From an uncultured Gammaproteobacteria bacterium (GTDB lineage Bacteria > Pseudomonadota > Gammaproteobacteria > UBA6002), in contig CAVPKM010000001.1 in the NCBI GenBank assembly GCA_963705725.1, positions 1 through 64,000 on the forward strand: a stretch of 64,000 nt of DNA. Reading direction: 5' to 3'. The position numbers and the translations under genes are program-made. The notes under the pieces are model-generated. The model saw nothing but the letters and a program-made list of their open reading frames with translations. It was not told the origin of the DNA and did not search any database. Each line of letters opens with the position of its first letter. Positions within the stretch are counted from its first letter, which is position 1. Below, piece after piece: positions 43,267-51,361 of the stretch.

Positions 43267-43730
43267 GTGTCTAGCGGAGGTGTCGTCGTGTCTACAAATA
43301 ATCATGAAAGCTATAACAAAGTTTTTTATGCATGGGCATTACATAATGCAGCGCTGATCAGGCAAGGCAAATTTTCTGAGGTGGATATTGAACATGTTGC
43401 AGAAGAAATAGCAAGCATGGGTAAAAGTGAAAAACGGGAACTTATTAACAGGTTGGCTATTTGAATGGCTCATTTGTTGAGATGGAAATTCCAGCCGATC
43501 AGAAGAAGCAAAAGTTGGTCGTTAACCATAAAAAATCAACGAATAGAACTAATCGATCTCTTGGAAGAAAGCCCAAGCTCTAACAAAGAGCCGAGTCAAA
43601 ATTCAACCATGTGTATGAAAAAGCAATTGTAATAGCAGCAGAGCAAACTGGGATCGATGAAAAAAATTTTCCACCGCAGCCCCCTTTTGATCTTAAAAAT
43701 TGTTTAGATAAATCATTCTTACCCAATTGA
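43267..43730 (+). pseudogene. DUF29-family protein with internal stop and frameshift
   Basis: Y..FYAW..NA.L..G.F..D..H..EEI..MGKSEKREL; after TGA 43462 continues HLLRWKFQP..RSKSW..TI.NQR. Confidence 0.8.
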
Positions 43731-43734
43731 TTAC

Positions 43735-43909
43735 ATAACTATATAGCACAAATGCTAGAAGCCGCTAAACGTTCAGATTTGAGCCATATTTGAACGAAAA
43801 AACGCGCTGAAAAAGCGCAGCATATATAAAATATGCCAGCAGTTTTCAGCGGGTTTTTCGTTCAAAGATGGCCAAATATGGACGTTTCAACCCTGTGCTG
43901 AATAGTTAC
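43735..43909. mobile_element. ~175-bp palindromic MITE-like element
   Basis: Ends TAACTATATAGCACA / TGTGCTGAATAGTTAC; inner arms GCCATATTTGAACGAAAAA / TTTTTCGTTCAAAGATGGC. Confidence 0.75.
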
Positions 43910-44668
43910 ACGCGTTTTCAAACAGCCTGAATGGTTATAGCTAATGTTTTTTGAAAGCTCACTTTCATTAAATAACCAGTTTGGTTGTTCTAAAATAAAA
44001 TCATTCCTATTTTTTAGAAAATCCAGCGCAGCTTTAGCTGGATTATCCAATTTCCAATTAGCATTACCTCGAGGTACATCATGCAAGTCGATCATGACAC
44101 CATCCATTACAACTAAGTAGGAGCCAGTGGAAACAAACTGTGAATAGATGGCTAGCTCCTTGCTGACATGATCATAAGAATGATTTGAATCTAAAAGAAC
44201 CAAAACTTTTTCTTCTGGTTGAATTAGGGCGCTCACTTTTTTATGAACCGCCTCTCAACAGCATCGCCTTCTATTAGCGTAATATAAGCACTTAAAGCAT
44301 GGTTTTCGATTCTTTGTTTATTCTTTTCATGAATTTTGCAATCAATTCCTACAACCCGTCCTTGTCCCAGGACGTGACAAAGTGAAGCATAAAAAATTAA
44401 CGAACCGCCTGCGCAACCCCTGTTTCGATAATTAAATCGGGTTTAATGCGATAGATTAGTTCTTGGATACGACAAATGTCTTCAGGCAATTGAATAATCG
44501 GACAGCCGAGCCAGGTGAATGTATAAGAATATTTTTGATTCCAACCCAGTTTTAACCAGTGATGTGAAAGTAGCTCTAACGCTTCTTTGGTATATAGGTC
44601 ATGCGACTCTGTTGAGTTGCGATTTATATTGTCAAAGTGTTTGATTCCATATCCATAATAAGTTTCAT
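43862..44668 (-). pseudogene. CmcI / rhamnosyl O-methyltransferase family, multiple frameshifts
   Basis: YSYTFTWLGCPIIQLPED..QELI..IKPDLIIETGVA and LDSNHSYDHV..EL..Y in different frames; may be assembly errors. Confidence 0.75.
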
Positions 44669-44678
44669 TTTGCTTTCC

Positions 44679-45587
44679 TTAGTTAGAATTATTTATCGAT
44701 GACCAGTAAAGGTAAGAACTTTCTATACCATTTTCAAATGTTATTTGTTTAGCAAGATTCAATTGCTGAAGCCTGATATCAGGAATGAGTCTATCTGTTT
44801 TTTTAGCATTATCTGTTTTGGAAGGCGGAGCTAAATCTTTAAAAAACATAGCATGTACTTGGTCGGCAATATCACCGAGTGTCATAGGATTTCCCGCGCC
44901 AATGTTGATGACACCCCGGTAATCATTATCTAAAAGTTGAATTAAATACTGTGCAAGGCAATCTACATAAAGATAATCTCTTAACGCATTGGGATGAGAA
45001 ATCAAAGGGGTGGATTTTTTTAAATAAGTTTGAAAAATTTCAGGCAGAAACCGAGTGGCGTATTCATAAGGTCCAAATAAATGAAATAAACGCGCCCAAC
45101 AAAAAGGGGAAAAATGCTTTTCTTTTCGCATTAGAAGTAACTGATTGAGCGTTTCCAGCTTACATTGACCGTATAATGAAACAGGATTAAGCGGCGTTGT
45201 CTTCTCGTCGCAGACCTCAGCTCCATTTGCATATTCAGCACAGCTGCCAATAAAAATAGCTTTTAGACCCCCATTGATACTGAATTGTTGGTAAAGATTG
45301 AGTGTTGCTGTGATGAAATTTCGATTAATAGGTGCAGTCCAAAAAAATGGGTGATCGACAATCCAGGCAAGATGAATTAAATAATGAGGGCGTAATTGAT
45401 TAATTAATTTATTGATTTGCATGCGATCGAGCACGTCGCAAGCATGCCACGTCACTGCTTTATTATTAATTTGTCGCTGATGGTAGAGAGCATGCGTTTC
45501 ATAATTCAACCGCGTTAATTGATTTAAGCAGGCACGACCAATAAAACCCGTTGCCCCCGTAATCAGTAATCTTAATTTACTAGTCAT
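44679..45587 (-). CDS. NAD-dependent epimerase/4-ketoreductase
   Basis: ITGATGFIG, GSCAEY, YGQCK, RDYLYV. Confidence 0.85.
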   Translation of the reverse strand: MTSKLRLLITGATGFIGRACLNQLTRLNYETHALYHQRQINNKAVTWHACDVLDRMQINKLINQLRPHYLIHLAWIVDHPFFWTAPINRNFITATLNLYQQFSINGGLKAIFIGSCAEYANGAEVCDEKTTPLNPVSLYGQCKLETLNQLLLMRKEKHFSPFCWARLFHLFGPYEYATRFLPEIFQTYLKKSTPLISHPNALRDYLYVDCLAQYLIQLLDNDYRGVINIGAGNPMTLGDIADQVHAMFFKDLAPPSKTDNAKKTDRLIPDIRLQQLNLAKQITFENGIESSYLYWSSINNSN

Positions 45588-46069
45588 TGGTGTGGCCAGG
45601 GTGGAAGATCAAATTCTTTGCTGAAAGGCGAAAGCTCACGCGCAGATTCAGGGTGATAAAATTGATCCATCATGTAAAACACTTCTGTTGAATCCTCAAG
45701 CACTTGATAACCATGAGCAAAATCTTTTGGAATGTAAAGCATGCGATGGTTATTGGCGCTGAGTGTGATGCCATAACCCTGACAATAAGTAGGGGAATTT
45801 GGTCTAAGGTCGACAATCACATCGAAAATATTTCCTTGAGTGCAACGAACAAGCTTGGTTTCTTGAAAAGGCTCAGCTTGAAAGTGTAATCCTCGAATCA
45901 AACCTTTATGAAGATTAAATGCAGTACTGCATTGTACAAAATTTGCGACTAAACCTTTTTCTGCAAAAACAGTCGTGCAAAAAGTTCGCGCAAAATAACC
46001 GCGTGTATCTTGTTTTAATTCCAGATTAATCAGGTAGGCGCCTTTTAACGGTAATTCAATAAATTTCAT
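45584..46069 (-). CDS. rfbC: NDP-4-keto-6-deoxysugar 3,5-epimerase
   Basis: DTRGYF, RGLHFQ, KLVRC, DVIVDLR, FAHGY. Confidence 0.9.
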   Translation of the reverse strand: MKFIELPLKGAYLINLELKQDTRGYFARTFCTTVFAEKGLVANFVQCSTAFNLHKGLIRGLHFQAEPFQETKLVRCTQGNIFDVIVDLRPNSPTYCQGYGITLSANNHRMLYIPKDFAHGYQVLEDSTEVFYMMDQFYHPESARELSPFSKEFDLPPWPHQ

Positions 46070-46090
46070 AAGAGTGATAATTTTGAACTG

Positions 46091-47296
46091 TTAAACTATT
46101 TGTAAAGTTGGAATAGGGATAATAAATTTTCCTCCACCATGACGAAAAGGTTGTTGCTGAAGTAAGATTTCTTCTGCAAAGTTCCAAACAAGCAATAGGG
46201 CATAGTCGATTTTTTCTTGAAGTAGTGCAGCCAAGGGTTTTATTTCAAGTTGAGTGCCTGGCGTAAAATATCCTTGCTTATGAGGACTACGGTCAACAAC
46301 AAAATCAATGAGCGTATTATTTAAACCAAAAAAATTCATCAATGTGGTGCCCTTAGCGGAAGCGCCGTATGCGGCAATTCTCTGCCCTGAATTTTTTAAA
46401 TGATGTAATGTAGTTAATAAATCGTTTTTTAACTGTAAAATTCTCTGTGAGAATGCAGAATAAAAGTTAATATTCCTGAGGCCAAGCGCCTGCTCTTTGT
46501 GTAGTAAGCTTTGAACAGTATTCGACATGTCATGAGGAAAATGTTTGATAAATAAACGTATAGAACCCCCATGAATGGAAATGAGTTCTATATCGCTGAT
46601 CACCAGTTTATGGCGAGAGAAAAGTTTAGTTAAAGCAGTTAACGAAAAATAAAAAACATGTTCGTGATAAATGGTATCAAATTCGCAATCTTCAATCATT
46701 TTAAGTAAATAAGGCACCTCGATAATGGCTGTACCAGTTGGTTTAAGTAATACTTGAATCCCGGCGGCAAAGTCTTGAATATCGGGAATATGAGCCATCA
46801 CATTATTAGCATGAATAATATCTGCTTGTTTTTTTTCTGTTACTAGCCTGCCCGCGAGAGAGGAAGAGAAGTATTCATTAATTGTGGGGATGCCTTGACT
46901 ACTCGCATAATCCGCAATATTTTTAGCCGGCTCAATACCCAGTACATTAAATGTTGAAGGGTAATTTTTTAATAGGTAACCGTCGTTGCTTGCAATTTCA
47001 ATAATCGTGGCATTTTCAGGCAAATTAGGTAAGAGTCGTTCCACTAAGTGTGCACAAGAAATGAGCATCGTATCGGAATTTGACGAGAAGTAGAGATATT
47101 GATCAAATAAAATTTGTGGGGGCACGATATTTTTTAATTGTACTAGGCTACATTGTTCGCATAGCATTAAATCAAGCGGATAAGTCGGTTCAATTTGTTC
47201 AAGCGCCTCTAGCTTGATAAAGGCATTGGCAAGGGGCATCTTTCCAAGCGATAAAATGGGGGTGAGGGGAAAATTTTCGCAAGCTCTGCAGTACAT
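46091..47296 (-). CDS. NDP-hexose C-methyltransferase
   Basis: CRAC..C..C, EIASNDG, NVMAH, FDTIYHEH, HGGSIR, YGASAKG. Confidence 0.9.
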   Translation of the reverse strand: MYCRACENFPLTPILSLGKMPLANAFIKLEALEQIEPTYPLDLMLCEQCSLVQLKNIVPPQILFDQYLYFSSNSDTMLISCAHLVERLLPNLPENATIIEIASNDGYLLKNYPSTFNVLGIEPAKNIADYASSQGIPTINEYFSSSLAGRLVTEKKQADIIHANNVMAHIPDIQDFAAGIQVLLKPTGTAIIEVPYLLKMIEDCEFDTIYHEHVFYFSLTALTKLFSRHKLVISDIELISIHGGSIRLFIKHFPHDMSNTVQSLLHKEQALGLRNINFYSAFSQRILQLKNDLLTTLHHLKNSGQRIAAYGASAKGTTLMNFFGLNNTLIDFVVDRSPHKQGYFTPGTQLEIKPLAALLQEKIDYALLLVWNFAEEILLQQQPFRHGGGKFIIPIPTLQIV

Positions 47297-47304
47297 GTTA
47301 ACCT

Positions 47305-48282
47305 CTAAATCAGTAATTCTTTATACCAGGTGATGGTTTTTCTTAACCCTTGATCAATGCCAAAAACGGGTTGCCATTGAAGTTTTTGGTGAGCTTTAGA
47401 GCAATCCAATACTTGTGCTGTTATTTCGCAAGATGCATCATCCAGAATAATCGGTTTGAAAGGACTTTCCATGAACGACAGAATTTTTTCTGTGAGTTGC
47501 AAAGCAGTCAGTGAGGATCCGTTAGAAAAGTTAAACGCTTCGCCCCTCAGGGTGGGATCTTGGTTCATCTTTTGAGCTAAAACAAGGTAGGCGCTAACTG
47601 CATCTTCGACATAAATATAATCTCTAACCAGCTGGCCGTTTGAACGAATGATAGGCGATTCATTGCGCAAAATTTGTCGAATCGTACCTGGCACGAGTCG
47701 ACTCCAATTTAAGTCGCCGCCGCCAAAGAAGTTGCCGCAACGTGTGATCGAAACGGGTAAATGCCAAGTTTTTGCATAACACATTCCAAGCATGTCGGCG
47801 CATGCTTTACTGACATCATAAGGATAGATGGCAGCGAGAGGATTATCTTCGCGATAGGGTAGTGGACTATCCCCATAAACCTTATCCGTTGAAGCAATAA
47901 TGATTTCAGAAACGGATTTTTTATAGCGACAGCTCTCTAATAAATTCCAAGTGCCGGCAATATTACTTTGAAACGTAGAAAGGGGGTGCGTATTGGCGAT
48001 GGGTACAATTGTTTGCGCAGCCAGATGAAATACCGTATTGATTTCATACTCGTTGATAATGCGTTCCAATAGATATTGATCATTTAAATCACCACTGATG
48101 ACGGTGACTTGTTTTAAATGGTTTTGGATTAACAGGCTGTTTGGGACAAAATCTCGTAAGAGAATTATCACATCAGCCTTGAGTTCAACCAACGCGTTGA
48201 CTAACCAACTCCCTACTAAGCCGGTTGCGCCAGTAACGAAAACTCGACGATCTCTCCAAAAATCCTTTACCAAAATTTCCAT
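47305..48282 (-). CDS. rfbG: CDP-glucose 4,6-dehydratase-like
   Basis: FW..RRVFVTGATG, HLAAQ, STDKVY, PYDVSK, GGGD. Confidence 0.8.
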   Translation of the reverse strand: MEILVKDFWRDRRVFVTGATGLVGSWLVNALVELKADVIILLRDFVPNSLLIQNHLKQVTVISGDLNDQYLLERIINEYEINTVFHLAAQTIVPIANTHPLSTFQSNIAGTWNLLESCRYKKSVSEIIIASTDKVYGDSPLPYREDNPLAAIYPYDVSKACADMLGMCYAKTWHLPVSITRCGNFFGGGDLNWSRLVPGTIRQILRNESPIIRSNGQLVRDYIYVEDAVSAYLVLAQKMNQDPTLRGEAFNFSNGSSLTALQLTEKILSFMESPFKPIILDDASCEITAQVLDCSKAHQKLQWQPVFGIDQGLRKTITWYKELLI

Positions 48283-49055
48283 GGCCGATTACCTGAATTC
48301 CATAAATCTTCTAAATATTTTAAATCTCTAACCGTATCAACGCATTGCCAAAATCCATCATGACAGAAAGCAGCAAGTTCATTTTGCATTGCTAAATCTT
48401 CGAGTAACTCCCTCTCTAGACTGCTTAAATCCCCCGAAATTTTTTTAAGAACGGCAGTGTTAAAAACTAGATAACCGCCATTAATCCAACCTTCACCAAT
48501 TTGTGGCTTTTCTGTAAAATTTTTGACTAAAAAATTTTCACAAAGCTCAAGCCCGCCGAATCTTGCAGGGGGTCTAACTGCAGTAATAGTCGCTAGCTTG
48601 CCATGACTTTGATGAAATGCAATCAATTTGTCAATGGGGACATTACTGACGCCATCACCATAGGTGACCATGAATAATTCATTTGTCAGCATTGAGGCAA
48701 CTTTTTTAACCCGACCGCCTGTTTGAGTATGGAGTCCGGTGTCTTCAAGATGAACAATCCACTCATCTTGTTCTCTTTGGATCAGATGATTCGTGCCATT
48801 TTTGATTTCTATCGTTAAATTGCCATTTAGTTCTCGGTAATCTAAGAAATAGCGCTTGATCATATCAGCGCGATAGCCAAGTGCAATAATAAATTCATTG
48901 TAACCAAAGTAAGAATAGTGCTTCAGGATATGCCAAAGGATCGGACGACCGCCAATCTCGACCATGGGCTTGGGTTTAGAGACAGTTTCCTCTGTTAAGC
49001 GGGTTCCAAAGCCTCCAGCTAATATAATGGTTTTGATCTTAGTCATGTTGTTCAT
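48267..49055 (-). CDS. rfbF: Glucose-1-phosphate cytidylyltransferase
   Basis: LAGGFGTRL.EET..PKPMVEIG, DTG..TQTGGR, TYGDG, GFWQC.DT. Confidence 0.93.
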   Translation of the reverse strand: MNNMTKIKTIILAGGFGTRLTEETVSKPKPMVEIGGRPILWHILKHYSYFGYNEFIIALGYRADMIKRYFLDYRELNGNLTIEIKNGTNHLIQREQDEWIVHLEDTGLHTQTGGRVKKVASMLTNELFMVTYGDGVSNVPIDKLIAFHQSHGKLATITAVRPPARFGGLELCENFLVKNFTEKPQIGEGWINGGYLVFNTAVLKKISGDLSSLERELLEDLAMQNELAAFCHDGFWQCVDTVRDLKYLEDLWNSGNRPWKFW

Positions 49056-49161
49056 CCCATCTCAACGTCGTTAATAAGTGTGCAGATGGTATAAACCATT
49101 TTGGTGGGTGTAAATATTTTTTGATTAAAGAATTTTGTGTTATCCTGCCGCAAAACAATAA

Positions 49162-50154
49162 ATGGAGAGTAGCATGAGGCAAGAGATGGATGACGATAGG
49201 CTAGAAATAGAGCCCAAAGAGAATTTATATCAACAAGATTCTGAAATTGAATTTTTATCTATGTTACTTCCGCTACTTAAATATAAAACTTTTATTGATA
49301 TTGGAGCGGAAGAAGGCAGTTTTAGCCGTTTTCTTGTTTCTTACGGGTTAAAAGGGGTGATTGTTGAGCCTGCCCCTAAGTTCACTTTAATGCTGAGTAG
49401 TTTTGCAGAGCAAAATGGATGTGTCTTGCTGTCTTATGCTATTCACCATCAAGATGATATGGCCGACTTTTATTCTGCTTTTGATTGCACAAATCAAGCA
49501 CAGCACCAATTTTCTTCCCTCCATCCCCTAAACAATGACAGAAGGTTGCATCACAAAAAAGTGGCGACTGTTTGCTGTCGTAGTCTAAACAGCTTGTTGC
49601 AGGAAGGAGTGATTGATCAGCGTATCGGGATTTTAAAAATTGACACAGAGGGGAATGATCTCAATGTATTGAAAGGCATGACTGACGTTAAGCCTGAGAT
49701 TATTATGTGCGAGTTCTTCATGCCTGGTGTTTATCAAGGTTGGGAACTTGGACATCCATCGGGCTTGATCGAAGAAGCAAAAAAATTGGGTTTCAATCAT
49801 TATATTGCAATCAAAAGATTTGATGAATATGAAATGTGCTCCATTAATTCCAATACTTTTGTCGATGAGCAATGGGGGAATTTAATTTTTATAGCAGATA
49901 ACATTTATGAAGCCACAAAGAATCAGCTGTTTGCGTTGCTTAGACAAAAAGAGGTGTCGTTGAGCGAAATGGTATTGAGAAATACTCAAGACCTACGTCA
50001 AACTTGCAACGAACGCCTGGGTATTATTCAAATACTTAATCCGGAAATTAAAACCGAGCAGGAAGTGAAATCTGTCACTAGTGGGGTAGTGGTAAATAAC
50101 AACAATAATAATTATCTTTTTTGCTCCGGATCAGCTCGATGCATTGCTAAATAA
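49162..50154 (+). CDS. FkbM-family methyltransferase
   Basis: FIDIGAEEG, VEP, LKIDTEGNDL.VLKG. Confidence 0.85.
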   Translation: MESSMRQEMDDDRLEIEPKENLYQQDSEIEFLSMLLPLLKYKTFIDIGAEEGSFSRFLVSYGLKGVIVEPAPKFTLMLSSFAEQNGCVLLSYAIHHQDDMADFYSAFDCTNQAQHQFSSLHPLNNDRRLHHKKVATVCCRSLNSLLQEGVIDQRIGILKIDTEGNDLNVLKGMTDVKPEIIMCEFFMPGVYQGWELGHPSGLIEEAKKLGFNHYIAIKRFDEYEMCSINSNTFVDEQWGNLIFIADNIYEATKNQLFALLRQKEVSLSEMVLRNTQDLRQTCNERLGIIQILNPEIKTEQEVKSVTSGVVVNNNNNNYLFCSGSARCIAK

Positions 50155-51169
50155 ATATAAATCGGTTGGCATGAAGCCTAATAATAATAATGAGCTTGGC
50201 ACTAAACGACTGGAAGATTGTTTGAATCGCATAAATGATAGCCTGTTTATCATGAAGTTGTTCAATCCCTATATTATTCAGAGAAAAATTAAAAATATTT
50301 TCCAGCCGGTCTTAGGTATTCTTTATCAGTATGCGCCTAGAAGGTTAATGATCCCTAAGCGGTATTATGCAACAAAGATATTAAATGCCACACCCAGGAT
50401 CAGCATTGTCACACCTTCTTATAATCAAGGTCGCTTTATAGAGCGCACCATCCTAAGTGTCTTACAGCAAAACTATCCTAATCTGGAATACATTGTTCAA
50501 GATGGCGCTTCAAAAGATAAATCGCTCGCGATTATTAATAAATATAAACAGTCGCTGAAGCATTGGGAATCTATAAAAGATAAAGGTCAAGCGAATGCCA
50601 TTAATCTTGGCTTTAAGCACGCAACAGGCGAGATTATGGCTTATTTAAATTCTGATGACTTACTTCTGCCAGGAACATTGAATTACATCGTTGATTATTT
50701 CAATAAGCATCCAGAAGTCGATGTGATTTATGGACAGCGTATCATTCTGAATGAAGATGATAATGAAATCGGAAGATGGATTTTGCCTAAACACTGTGAT
50801 GAGATTATCAGGTGGGTTGACTATATTCCTCAAGAAACACTTTTTTGGCGACGTCGGATTTGGGAAAAAGTAGGCGGAGAGCTAGATGAAAGCTTCAATT
50901 TCGCGATGGATTGGAATTTAATTATTCGGTTCCAAGATGCAGGTGCCAAGTTTGCCAGACTGCCTCGTTTCTTAGGTGGATTTAGAGTGCATAGCCAACA
51001 AAAAACCTCAGCAATGGAACAAGTTGGAATAGCAGAAGTGGGTCGTGTTCGTGCCCATTGTCATGGGTACACGGTGAGCCACTTTGACATTAATCGAAAA
51101 TCTAAATCCTATTTAAACAGACATGTCATCGCTAATCTATTCTATCGACTTGGTATCCTTCGGTATTAG
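50144..51169 (+). CDS. Glycosyltransferase family 2
   Basis: ISIVTPSYNQG, DGAS.D, YLNSDD. Confidence 0.9.
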   Translation: MLNKYKSVGMKPNNNNELGTKRLEDCLNRINDSLFIMKLFNPYIIQRKIKNIFQPVLGILYQYAPRRLMIPKRYYATKILNATPRISIVTPSYNQGRFIERTILSVLQQNYPNLEYIVQDGASKDKSLAIINKYKQSLKHWESIKDKGQANAINLGFKHATGEIMAYLNSDDLLLPGTLNYIVDYFNKHPEVDVIYGQRIILNEDDNEIGRWILPKHCDEIIRWVDYIPQETLFWRRRIWEKVGGELDESFNFAMDWNLIIRFQDAGAKFARLPRFLGGFRVHSQQKTSAMEQVGIAEVGRVRAHCHGYTVSHFDINRKSKSYLNRHVIANLFYRLGILRY

Positions 51170-51337
51170 TTATTTAGCAAAGGGATGGAAATGTCCATAT
51201 TTTGCCACCTTCGGACCAAAAATTTATTTAAACTGCTCACAGACTTGTGTGTGCGGAGCTATTAAATAAATTTTTTGTCCGAATCTGGCTAAAATCTGAA
51301 CGTTTAGCGACTTTTAGCATTTGAGCTAAATAGAATA
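51167..51337. mobile_element. Diverged inverted copy of the 43735 element
   Basis: Reverse complement of 43735-43909 shares GTCCATATTT.GCCA and AAATCTGAACGTTTAGCG.CTT.TAGCATTTG; inner arms TTCGGAC.AAAAATTTATTTAA / TTAAATAAATTTTTTGTCCGAA. Confidence 0.75.
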
Positions 51338-51361
51338 TTTTTTTAGTAAAGGGATATTTTC

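Noticed and set aside
50090-50195. Asn-rich AAC/AAT runs at the FkbM/GT2 junction as a contingency repeat
   Set aside because: Short, imperfect and in triplets, so no frame-switching effect
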